Assembly (NCBI RefSeq): GCF_046347455.1
Contig: NZ_JAXMGC010000001.1
Span: 509,241-573,240, forward strand
From: Cellvibrio sp.
Lineage (GTDB): Bacteria; Pseudomonadota; Gammaproteobacteria; Pseudomonadales; Cellvibrionaceae
Reading direction: 5' to 3'
DNA length: 64,000 bases
How positions within the stretch are numbered: the stretch's first letter is position 1; the number at the start of each line of letters is the position of its first letter. The notes under the pieces are model-generated. The model worked only from the letters and a program-made list of their open reading frames with translations. It was not told the origin of the DNA and did no database searches. Position numbers and translations under genes: made by a program. This document shows, in pieces, positions 45,929-54,562 of the stretch.

Positions 45929-46120
45929 ATGAAAGAATCAATGCAGCACTACGAATCAGATGTGATTGAACACGCCATGGCCGCATTTTTAAGGCAGGCC
46001 TTAAACGCTAAAAGCAAGAACTCGCGGATCAAATACAATATGGAATGCAGACGAAAGCTGGAGATAAAAATGGAGGAACAGCGTTTACAGCGGGAAATTT
46101 CCGAATTTGACTTTAACTAA
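45929..46120 (+). CDS. small charged helical protein (63 aa), hypothetical
   Basis: This is the only ORF in the gap. The C-terminal motif RRKLEIKMEEQRLQREISEFDF resembles short conserved proteins I recall from Pseudomonas-type genomes, but I cannot verify that. Confidence 0.35.
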   Translation: MKESMQHYESDVIEHAMAAFLRQALNAKSKNSRIKYNMECRRKLEIKMEEQRLQREISEFDFN

Positions 46121-46128
46121 ACGAGTGA

Positions 46129-46992
46129 TTAATCCACTTTAGTATTTTTGATTTCAATAAGGGTTCGGCGCGAATTTTTTAAAATCGCGTCGCCCTCTTT
46201 AAAGCTAGGCATTTCATAAAATAGCCGATCAAAGGTGCCATCGAACTGCGCCAGCTTTAAGCCGCGCTCCAAACGATCAGCTAGGGCGAGGTTATTTTTG
46301 TTGACAAAAAACGAGTAATGAACCGGCACATCGTATTTTAGTAGCAGTGTTTCTTCTTGAACTAAACCCAGATCTGTAAAAGTAGCGACATCAAAACTTA
46401 TTTCATGTACGCCGCGGGATATAAATTGGAATCTGTGCGCCGCAAGCATTTTGTATAACCCCCAATAACTCGAGGTGAAGGATACGTTGAAACCGTTATC
46501 TTTAAAGATAATGCCGTCTGTCCAATGTTCACCCGAACCTACGGTAAATTTTTTTAGATCCTCCAAGGTTTTGACTTGCGCAAAATCATTCTTTGAATCT
46601 TTGTGAATCAACAACACCCTGTAGTTGTTGAGGTTTTTAAGCAGATCAATCGGCACCAAACGCATTTGCTCTTGACGCTCTTTGGTTGCAGAACCCCACA
46701 TAACATCGATACCCGCGTCTGCAATAACCATGGCGCGATCTCGCGCTATACCACCGCCGTGCACATTGTACGCAATTATGAAGTCGCCATCGGTTGCGCG
46801 CGTTTTTTCCAAGGCAACCTTAAGTATTTGTTCGTAAAAATAGGCGGGAACTGATTTATCGGTATTGGGGCTTCCGCTAATCGTTACGCGCAGCGGGTCT
46901 GCATATGCGCTAAATGATTTCAAAATGCATGCGCATAAAATGAGCATGCATTTCGATAAGCGATTGATTCGGGTTGAGCGAAGCCAGGCCAT
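46129..46992 (-). CDS. periplasmic solute-binding-protein-like protein (family 3 type) with no adjacent permease or ATPase
   Basis: Signal peptide (LKSFSAYA-DP) and a two-lobe SBP-like length of 287 aa. It lies between fleR and fliE. Confidence 0.55.
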   Translation of the reverse strand: MAWLRSTRINRLSKCMLILCACILKSFSAYADPLRVTISGSPNTDKSVPAYFYEQILKVALEKTRATDGDFIIAYNVHGGGIARDRAMVIADAGIDVMWGSATKERQEQMRLVPIDLLKNLNNYRVLLIHKDSKNDFAQVKTLEDLKKFTVGSGEHWTDGIIFKDNGFNVSFTSSYWGLYKMLAAHRFQFISRGVHEISFDVATFTDLGLVQEETLLLKYDVPVHYSFFVNKNNLALADRLERGLKLAQFDGTFDRLFYEMPSFKEGDAILKNSRRTLIEIKNTKVD

Positions 46993-47137
46993 AGAGGACT
47001 CGTAAGTCGCTGTAAATTATTATTGGATATTCTTTATAGCTCAAGGAGACGAATTAATCCAATTTATGTAGGATTAAACCTTACCTCAAGGCATATTCAG
47101 ACCACCCAACGGCTCAAGCGACTTTTGGTAATGGCTT

Positions 47138-48646
47138 TTACTCGGTAATTTCAAACCCCTCTTCACGCAAACGAGCCATTTTGTAACGCAAAGTACGGGC
47201 ACTTATCCCCAATCGCTCCGCCGTGTTTTTCCGGCTGCCACCTTCTTTGCGCAAGGTTTCCATAATAATTTCGTATTCACGCTGCTTTAAATCTGTTCCC
47301 AATGCAGGGTTAGGTGCGTATGGGGTTGGGCTAATCAGCGCAATATTTTCCGCGTTATGCTGTGGAACTGCTAGATCCCGCGCAAATTCACGCGCCGCGT
47401 GAACGGGTTGCAAATGGTTAGTTTGGTAGTGCATAGCCGCCTCCACTAAATTGGGTTTTTGACTATAAATGTTGCCCGCGTCTAAACCTAAATCGACCGC
47501 ATCAATAGCGCTGCCGACCTGAAGAATTAACGCGCGCTGCATAATGTTATCCAGCTCGCGCACATTGCCCGGCCACGAATAAGTTAACAGCGTTTGCTGC
47601 GCAGCCAAGGTCAAACTCACACCGTGGCGATTTTGCTTTTGCGCGTGCTTTTGCAGAATTTTTTGTGCGAGCGGCACTATGTCTTCCAAACGATCGCGCA
47701 GAGGAGCCCATTGCAATGGCAAAACGCTTAAACGGTAATACAAGTCTTCACGAAATTTACCTGCTACCACTTGCTCGCGCATGTCGCGGTTAGACGTTGC
47801 AATAACTCTTACATCGAGCTTGATGGTTTTACGGCCACCCAAACGTTCTACTTCTCGCTCTTGCAATACACGTAATAATTTTGCTTGCAACCCAATATCC
47901 ATTTCGGAAATTTCATCTAGCAACAATGTGCCGCCATTTGCTTGTTCAAATTTTCCGGGAGCACTTGAATGAGCGCCGGTGTAGGCACCTTTTTCGTGGC
48001 CGAACAACATGGCTTCCAACATATTTTCTGGAATAGCCGCGCAATTGATGGCAATAAAAGGCTGGTTTGCACGGGGTGAATGGTTGTGAATATAACGCGC
48101 TAAAACTTCTTTACCCGTACCGGATTCCCCAACGATTAATACTGTAGATTCTGATTTTGCGACGCGTTGCGCTAATTGCAAAAGCTGGCGGCTGGACGGT
48201 GCTTGCGCAATAGGTTCATCGCCTTGAAGTTGCGCCACGCCTAAATGACGCGCAATGGTTTCCACTAAAATATTCGGCGCGAATGGTTTAACCAAATAAT
48301 CCACTGCACCGTTTTTAATCGCGTCAACAGATTGGCTAATACTCGCGTAAGCAGTAATCAGCATCATGGGAATATGTGGATAATTCGCCTTAACTTCACG
48401 CAGCAAATCGTGACCGCTCATTGCACCCATGTTCACGTCAGAAATAATCATGCGCAGATCGTCGTGCTCTGCTAATTTTTTCAAAGCATCTTCGGCACTG
48501 CGTGCCGCAATCACGGAGTAGTCCGCCAATTGCAAAGTATCGCTTAGCGCCTCGCGCAAATTAGCATCATCCTCAACTACCAAAATTTTAATTTCACTGT
48601 TGCCGTAATCGGATGATGAATTCATCGCCAATGCTGAAAGTGCCAT
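47138..48646 (-). CDS. fleR: sigma54-dependent flagellar response regulator FleR
   Basis: REC domain, AAA+ domain (GESGTGKE, GAYTGA loop, RVIATSNRD), and a Fis-type HTH (NTAERLGISARTLRYKM). Confidence 0.85.
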   Translation of the reverse strand: MALSALAMNSSSDYGNSEIKILVVEDDANLREALSDTLQLADYSVIAARSAEDALKKLAEHDDLRMIISDVNMGAMSGHDLLREVKANYPHIPMMLITAYASISQSVDAIKNGAVDYLVKPFAPNILVETIARHLGVAQLQGDEPIAQAPSSRQLLQLAQRVAKSESTVLIVGESGTGKEVLARYIHNHSPRANQPFIAINCAAIPENMLEAMLFGHEKGAYTGAHSSAPGKFEQANGGTLLLDEISEMDIGLQAKLLRVLQEREVERLGGRKTIKLDVRVIATSNRDMREQVVAGKFREDLYYRLSVLPLQWAPLRDRLEDIVPLAQKILQKHAQKQNRHGVSLTLAAQQTLLTYSWPGNVRELDNIMQRALILQVGSAIDAVDLGLDAGNIYSQKPNLVEAAMHYQTNHLQPVHAAREFARDLAVPQHNAENIALISPTPYAPNPALGTDLKQREYEIIMETLRKEGGSRKNTAERLGISARTLRYKMARLREEGFEITE

Positions 48647-48690
48647 GTGTATTTCTCCTACCGATTAACAAAAATTATTGAGCGCGAAAA

Positions 48691-49944
48691 TTAAAGATCC
48701 GCAAAGGGCATAAAGAGGCTGGCGCAAGTGCCATGCCCTACCGTTGATTGCAAACTGAAATTGCCGTGATGCGCCCGCGCCACAGCCTTCACCACCGCCA
48801 AGCCAAGGCCAGTACCTTGCGCTTTTGTGGTAACAAACAAATCGCCTAAATTAGGTAATAATTCCGGCGCGATTCCGGGGCCTGCATCGCACACCGCAAT
48901 CATTAACAGCGGTTCTTCGTCCGCATTTTTAGGTTGGGTGGATGTAAAGGTAATGCGCAATTTTGCCTTTCGTTCTACCGCTTGAATGGCATTGTTAACG
49001 AGATTGAGCAACGCGCCGATCAAGGCTTCTCGATTACATTGAATAACTTGTTCGCCACAGTCGTTTTGCCAAACGCAAGTGGATTCTGTCGTCATCAACG
49101 GAACTTCCATGGCCTCGGTTAAGGCTTGCTGCAATTCAGTCACACTGACTACATCTTTTAAGGGTAACTCGCCTTTGGCGAAAATCAGCATGTCTTGCAC
49201 TTGGCGTTCGATATTGTTTAAACGATTGCAAATTTTTTCTGAAAATTGGTGACGCTTTTCTTCATCCAACTTGCTGTTGCACAAATGTCCTGCATACAAC
49301 ATTGCAGCAGATAAAGGCGTGCGGATTTGGTGGGCTAAAGCGCTCATCATTTTTCCAAGCGCAGACAAACGTTCGTGGCGACTCAATTGGCTTTGCAAAC
49401 GGCGCGTTTCGGTTTGATCGGTCAACAAAATAATTTGACCGTCTTCACCTTGGTTGCGAGTAGAAATGCTAATACGACGACCATCGCGCAGAGACACTTC
49501 GTGGCCATCGTCCTGACGCGGAGCAAAGGAACGTACAATTACGTCGCGCCATAACTCGCCACGCAAAGGTTCGCCCAGCAAATCAATAGCGGCGGGGTTA
49601 CATTCAGAAATGCGACCTGAACAATCCAGTACCACTACACCGCCGGGTAGAAAATTGAGCAGGTTCTCCAAACGGTTGGCGATCTTTTCTTTCTCAGCCA
49701 ACTCTTGCATGCGTTGGTCGGCAACCGCACTAAGCTCTTGGTTAAGCTCAGCGACACGATTCTCCAACATAAAATATGAATCGGTGAGCTGCTGCGACAT
49801 CTCGTTAAAGAGATCAAACGCGCTTTTTAAATCCTGACCTTTATCCAGCGCTTTATCTTGTGCTTTGGGTGATGACTCAATCATCTCCAATGGCACCAGC
49901 TTCAAAGGTGTGTTTATCGTTTGGATAGTCAGCATGCCCGGCAT
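48691..49944 (-). CDS. fleS: flagellar sensor histidine kinase FleS
   Basis: PAS-like region, H-box LAHQIRTPL, and an HATPase domain (LVNNAIQA, DAGPGI, GTGLGLAV). ATG 49944 follows GAGGG. The longer 50001 start would overlap the predicted promoter. Confidence 0.85.
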   Translation of the reverse strand: MPGMLTIQTINTPLKLVPLEMIESSPKAQDKALDKGQDLKSAFDLFNEMSQQLTDSYFMLENRVAELNQELSAVADQRMQELAEKEKIANRLENLLNFLPGGVVVLDCSGRISECNPAAIDLLGEPLRGELWRDVIVRSFAPRQDDGHEVSLRDGRRISISTRNQGEDGQIILLTDQTETRRLQSQLSRHERLSALGKMMSALAHQIRTPLSAAMLYAGHLCNSKLDEEKRHQFSEKICNRLNNIERQVQDMLIFAKGELPLKDVVSVTELQQALTEAMEVPLMTTESTCVWQNDCGEQVIQCNREALIGALLNLVNNAIQAVERKAKLRITFTSTQPKNADEEPLLMIAVCDAGPGIAPELLPNLGDLFVTTKAQGTGLGLAVVKAVARAHHGNFSLQSTVGHGTCASLFMPFADL

Positions 49945-50010
49945 GGGCCAACCCTCACTTTGTGGTGGCGTCAAACAATTAACGCCTGAATGAATTCTCA
50001 AGGGAGGTTT

Positions 50011-50026
50011 TGCAAAGGCAATGCCA
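50011..50026 (-). promoter_or_regulatory. sigma54 promoter candidate for fleSR: TGGCAT-N5-TTGCA
   Basis: The minus strand reads TGGCATTGCCTTTGCA (GG-N10-GC), about 65 nt upstream of ATG 49944. Confidence 0.6.
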
Positions 50027-50200
50027 ATAGATTTTTTTCTTTAAATTCAAAAGCTTAAAAAAACTGAAACATAGAAAGTCAAAAGCTTGGCACTTTTTGG
50101 AACTCCGAAAACCAAATAATCGGGGCGCCATAATTTGCACCGCTGGTGCTACACTTCGCCAAAGTCTACAAAGCACGCCCACCACCCAAGGAGAACAACA

Positions 50201-52153
50201 GTGGCCGACTACAAATTTGGTAAACACGAACCCCCGCATATGCGTTGGCCGGTGGCTTGGTATCACCCTTTTGTCTTGTTTCGCTCAGCACGGGAAATGG
50301 TGGCTACGGGCGATTTCATCCGTAACTTTGACCGCAGGGAATTGTTCACCGGTGAATTTAAGGTCATTGATCAAGCTAAAGACTACGAAGGCGGTGATTA
50401 CTGGTGGGATTTCATTTCCGATAGCGGCGATGGCGGCAATTCCAGTTACACGGTCGCGCGGGCGATGCAAACCCCGAAACTGCCCGTAGGAATAGATGAC
50501 GGGGTCGTCGCCCCGGAAATCTCAAACCAGTTGCCCGCCAGCAATCTTTTGGTCTTGGGCGGCGACTTGGCATATCCCGGCGCGAGCAACGAGGAATATC
50601 AATACCGGTTTATCGAAATGTGGGAGGCAGCTAAACCGCGTGTCGCTAGCGGGGCTAAGGCCGATAACAAGCTGCATGTTGTTTCTATTCCGCAAAACCA
50701 TGATTGGTTTGACAACATCTCCAGCTTTAACCGTCACTTTATCGGTGACTACGACAACCATTTCCTACAGGCGCACACCCCGCAAAATCGCAGCTATTTC
50801 GCCACCCGTCTGCCCCACAACTGGTGGATTTTCGGGTTGGATTTCGCTTTGGTTGGCGACCTTGACCGCACGCAATATGAGTCCTTTCTACACCTGATCG
50901 CGGAAGTCGGCGATACTTCGGATCAGAAAATTCAGGCAGGTCACAACCTAATACTGCTTTACCCCGAACCCTACTGGACGCGGCCGCTGGGTGATGGCGC
51001 CGGTGAAGGTTACCCACGCCGCTACCAAAGACTGGAAGCCGCCCTTCTCAATGCAGGGATCAAAATCCGTATGCGGCTCGCGGGGGATTTACATCATTAC
51101 GTACGCGAATCTGCCACCACCGGAGCTCAACTGGATTATGAGGACATGCTCGTAACCTGCGGATCTGGCGGGGCTTTCTTGCATCCCACACATGCCAAAC
51201 GCGTTACCGCAACAAAGGTATTAGATCGTATTGACGATGAGAACGCTATGACTCCCGATATTAGCGAACGCGTTTGCGTGGGCATTCAGGCAGGCAAAGA
51301 AACGCAAAACCAACGCCGGTATAACCACCAGAAGAGTTACCCAAGTAGAAAAACGAGTAAGGGGTTGTCCTGGTGGAATTTGGTTGCACTATTTAAGCCC
51401 ACCTCCATTTTTGGGCTATTCGCGGATGAAGTAAAAGGCAGTGTATTTCAGCGCACTTGGCAGCGGCTAGGGGAACTCAAAAAAGGCTTGCTGGGCGGAA
51501 ACTTTATGTTTCCCATCTTATTGGGCCTGCTCTACTTTCTTGCGGTCTATTGCAACAGTTTCGTCTTCACCCATTCGTTTGAAGCTGATGGTTTTATTCA
51601 CGCCAGCGAAATTGGCGACTTGCATCTACTGGCTTTTTTAGGCCTGTGGTTCAAGGCACTATTTTTCAGCCCCCTCGCCTTTTTGATTCATGCTGTCTTA
51701 CTCTGCCTATGCGGTGCTATTGCAAAGGAAGATGGAGGCTATGCCTTTTTCTTTAGCGTGATCTATAGCGTTTTACATATTCTCGCGGCAGCAACCCTGT
51801 TTTGGATTGGCAGTGCGTACCACTGGGGGCCTTATTTAAAAGGTTGGTTCATTTTTGGTGGCGGTGTAGTGGTGGGAGGTTTACTTTTCGGTATTTACTT
51901 CACATTAATGGCACGCGTTGGTCGGCTCGCCAACAACGCCTTTTCTGCCATTGCACACCAAGGATACAAAGGCTTTTTGCGCTTTCGTATTGATAGCCAA
52001 GGCACACTGCATGGCTACATGATTGGAACAGACCAAGTGCCGCAGCGCTGGGTTATCAATGATCACAAAGACAATCGCCCACTTTGGATTGAACGCGATG
52101 ACCAGAAAAATCCAGATTGGAAAATACGAGATGCCTTTAGTTTGGAAAAATAA
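50201..52153 (+). CDS. calcineurin-like metallophosphoesterase fused to a C-terminal polytopic membrane domain
   Basis: GTG 50201 lies 7 nt after AAGGAG. MPE motifs: SDSGDG, GGDLAYP, QNHDW, GDLHHY. The C-terminal ~230 aa carry several hydrophobic helices. Confidence 0.7.
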   Translation: MADYKFGKHEPPHMRWPVAWYHPFVLFRSAREMVATGDFIRNFDRRELFTGEFKVIDQAKDYEGGDYWWDFISDSGDGGNSSYTVARAMQTPKLPVGIDDGVVAPEISNQLPASNLLVLGGDLAYPGASNEEYQYRFIEMWEAAKPRVASGAKADNKLHVVSIPQNHDWFDNISSFNRHFIGDYDNHFLQAHTPQNRSYFATRLPHNWWIFGLDFALVGDLDRTQYESFLHLIAEVGDTSDQKIQAGHNLILLYPEPYWTRPLGDGAGEGYPRRYQRLEAALLNAGIKIRMRLAGDLHHYVRESATTGAQLDYEDMLVTCGSGGAFLHPTHAKRVTATKVLDRIDDENAMTPDISERVCVGIQAGKETQNQRRYNHQKSYPSRKTSKGLSWWNLVALFKPTSIFGLFADEVKGSVFQRTWQRLGELKKGLLGGNFMFPILLGLLYFLAVYCNSFVFTHSFEADGFIHASEIGDLHLLAFLGLWFKALFFSPLAFLIHAVLLCLCGAIAKEDGGYAFFFSVIYSVLHILAAATLFWIGSAYHWGPYLKGWFIFGGGVVVGGLLFGIYFTLMARVGRLANNAFSAIAHQGYKGFLRFRIDSQGTLHGYMIGTDQVPQRWVINDHKDNRPLWIERDDQKNPDWKIRDAFSLEK

Positions 52154-52158
52154 TTTAT

Positions 52159-52185
52159 AAGCCCGCTTTTACGCGGGCTTTTTTT
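52159..52185. terminator. rho-independent terminator between convergent genes
   Basis: Stem AAGCCCGC, loop TTTTAC, stem GCGGGCTT, followed by a T-run. Confidence 0.75.
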
Positions 52186-52190
52186 CAACC

Positions 52191-52583
52191 CTAAGCGAAT
52201 GCAGCGCGAATTTTTGCGGCGGTATTTTTCAAAGCATCTTGATCCGCATTTTTAGCAAATGCGAAATTCAAATCGTCCATGGAATCAATCGGGACTAAAT
52301 GAATATGCGTGTGCGGAACTTCCAAACCCGCAATCATCAGGCCAATCCGTGTGCACGGGAAAATACCTTTCATGGCATTCGCAATTTTGTGGCTAACAAT
52401 CATGAGATGCGCGGCCAAACCAACAGGGAGGTCACTCCATTGGTCGATTTCTTCGCGAGGGATAACTAACACATGGCCTTCGCGGATAGGCTGTATGGTT
52501 AATATAGCAACGGCTTTCTCATCCTCATAAACAAAGTGCCCTGGGATTTTTCCTTCCATAATTAATGTAAATACACTTGCCAT
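52191..52583 (-). CDS. HIT-family nucleotide hydrolase/transferase
   Basis: Histidine triad HTHIHLVP. 130 aa. Confidence 0.85.
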   Translation of the reverse strand: MASVFTLIMEGKIPGHFVYEDEKAVAILTIQPIREGHVLVIPREEIDQWSDLPVGLAAHLMIVSHKIANAMKGIFPCTRIGLMIAGLEVPHTHIHLVPIDSMDDLNFAFAKNADQDALKNTAAKIRAAFA

Positions 52584-52642
52584 TATTTTCTCCTAATCTT
52601 TATCTCGGTCATTTCACTCGCAGGTTGAAAATGACCTTTGCA

Positions 52643-53485
52643 TTAATAAATTGCCAAACCAAAACTCAACAATCGTTTTGCTAAAAGCTCATCAATTTGG
52701 CTGATGTTTTCATCGTGAATTTCAATAAAGTCGTAAGCGTGTTTCTCATAGAACTCTTGCTTCGCCAACTTATTTGCTAAAGCTGCGGCATTATCTTTTG
52801 CACCCCAAAGATCGATACACACTTGCACGTCCGGAATAAAAAAATCGACCGTCACTGTGTCACCACCGAGAGCTAGCGGGTAATTACAAGCGTGGTTCAC
52901 GCCGGCCAGATACAACCAGTTTTCAACAATTAATGCCTCCGCAGAACTCATCAGTTGGCCGCTCAATGCTTCGATCGGTTGGTTACCGGAAGATGGAAAA
53001 GCTGCCCCTGTAATTTGTGCAATGGATTCGTTGAAAAGGGAATTGTCCAAAATCGTTTCTGGCCAGGTCACGTAAGGCACCCCAGACTGTTCGCTAAAAT
53101 GCTGCTCACCGCCCAGCGCCTTTCCGCGCGCACTTAACATCCAACCGCGAATATGTTTTTTTAGCCAACCGCGCTCAGCAAGAAGATGGTTGATTAACCG
53201 CGCGGGTATATGCCATTTTGATCCAAGGTCTGTAGCCGTTAAAGGTGCCGGCGGTAAGAGTGCTAATAACGGATGATGTTGAATCGATTCAGGCCAGGCA
53301 ATATAGGGCCCAAATTTAGGATGGTTGATATAGGTTCCACCTTCAAATCGCCCTTTTTCCGTGAGCGTCCACTGGCTTTCCTGAAATACGATCCAACCCG
53401 CGCGCGCCAAAAGCGTAAACAGGTCGTTATTTTTTTTGTTTAATATTCTGGCCAACACCGTGGTGGAAATTTTCCGCTCTGTCAT
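52643..53485 (-). CDS. hypothetical protein with an internal ~45-aa tandem duplication and a possible PD-(D/E)xK-like C-terminus
   Basis: ATG 53485 follows AAGGAAGG. The two repeats are LARAGW..WTLTEKGRFEGG..GPYIAWPESI and LAERGW..WMLSARGKALGG..GVPYVTWPETI. The C-terminus reads VDFFIPD..CIDLWGAK. Confidence 0.5.
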   Translation of the reverse strand: MTERKISTTVLARILNKKNNDLFTLLARAGWIVFQESQWTLTEKGRFEGGTYINHPKFGPYIAWPESIQHHPLLALLPPAPLTATDLGSKWHIPARLINHLLAERGWLKKHIRGWMLSARGKALGGEQHFSEQSGVPYVTWPETILDNSLFNESIAQITGAAFPSSGNQPIEALSGQLMSSAEALIVENWLYLAGVNHACNYPLALGGDTVTVDFFIPDVQVCIDLWGAKDNAAALANKLAKQEFYEKHAYDFIEIHDENISQIDELLAKRLLSFGLAIY

Positions 53486-53578
53486 AAAAACACCTTCCTT
53501 AATCAGTTTGCCCAAGAGTCTAACCCATGGCTATAGCAAAATGTATAATCGCGCCAAACCATTTAAGAGACGAACGCC

Positions 53579-54034
53579 ATGCAGATTTGGGTCGATGCAG
53601 ACGCCTGCCCAAAGCCGGTAAAAGAAATTCTTTATCGCGCTGCACATAAGCGCCAAATCACCATGACCTTAGTAGCCAACCAGTTTTTATCGGCTCCCGC
53701 TTCACCGTGGATAAAATCAGCTCAGGTCGCGGGCGGGTTTGACGTGGCAGATAATTACATAGTTCAACAACTCGTTGCGGGTGATCTCGTCATTACCGCC
53801 GACATTCCCCTCGCTGCAGAAGCCATTGCTAAAGGTGCCGCCGTGATTAATCCGCGCGGTGAGCGCTATACCAAAGATTCTATCGGCGCGCGTTTGAACA
53901 TGCGCGATTTTATGGAAACCATGCGTTCCAGCGGCGTTGTACATGATGGGCCGCCGCCTTACAACGACCGCGACAAGCAAGCTTTTGCCAACGCCCTCGA
54001 CTCCCTACTCGCAAAGCCAACGCCTAAAATGTGA
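53579..54034 (+). CDS. yaiI: YaiI/YqxD-family protein (UPF0178)
   Basis: The [22 protein letters not shown] start is characteristic of this family. 151 aa. Confidence 0.8.
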   Translation: MQIWVDADACPKPVKEILYRAAHKRQITMTLVANQFLSAPASPWIKSAQVAGGFDVADNYIVQQLVAGDLVITADIPLAAEAIAKGAAVINPRGERYTKDSIGARLNMRDFMETMRSSGVVHDGPPPYNDRDKQAFANALDSLLAKPTPKM

Positions 54035-54562
54035 ACCAAGCGCTATTTTGCTGGCTTTATGGGTCGCAAATCCCTATACTGCGCGCACTTTCAGTAACGC
54101 CCCTCCTTTTTGAGTTTATGTTGTGGGGATATGCTGAGCAGGCAGGATGCCTGAGGGCTGCCCAAATATCGGTTTCCAAAACCGATCAACAACATGAAGT
54201 TCAAATTTTCAGCCTGCTATAAAGTGCGCAATTTTAGAAAACACGATGTTTTCAATTGCACTGTGCTCCAGTTAGCCAATTATTTTTTGGTTAGGGCACG
54301 CGGGAATCCGTTGATTTAATCGCCTTATATTGCTTCAGCAACGCTGTTGCTAATTTCTTTTGTGGGAAAATTTTTACTTTCTCACCCATAGCGACCCGAT
54401 CATCGCTCCCACATGAGCTGCGCTTTCACGCAGCAAATTTATTTATTCGATCAATAAAAACAAAAACGAATCCTTAACTGACGCGCTTTACTGAATGTCA
54501 GCGACGGCTTTGCTTTATTGTTTTTCAATCGAACTTTTTGTGATCAACCCAAAGGTTTAAAA

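Noticed and set aside
50097-50897. Alternative-frame ORFs (130 and 133 aa) and the upstream ATG at 50135 overlapping the metallophosphoesterase gene.
   Set aside because: The MPE frame carries the conserved catalytic motifs. The others are Arg/Pro-rich with no motifs. GTG 50201 has a consensus RBS, whereas 50135 has none and would overlap the fleS promoter region.
54031-54222. 63-aa ORF at the start of the deaD leader.
   Set aside because: It has no RBS, overlaps the yaiI stop, and has a hydrophobic, odd composition. The region is better explained as a structured 5' UTR.
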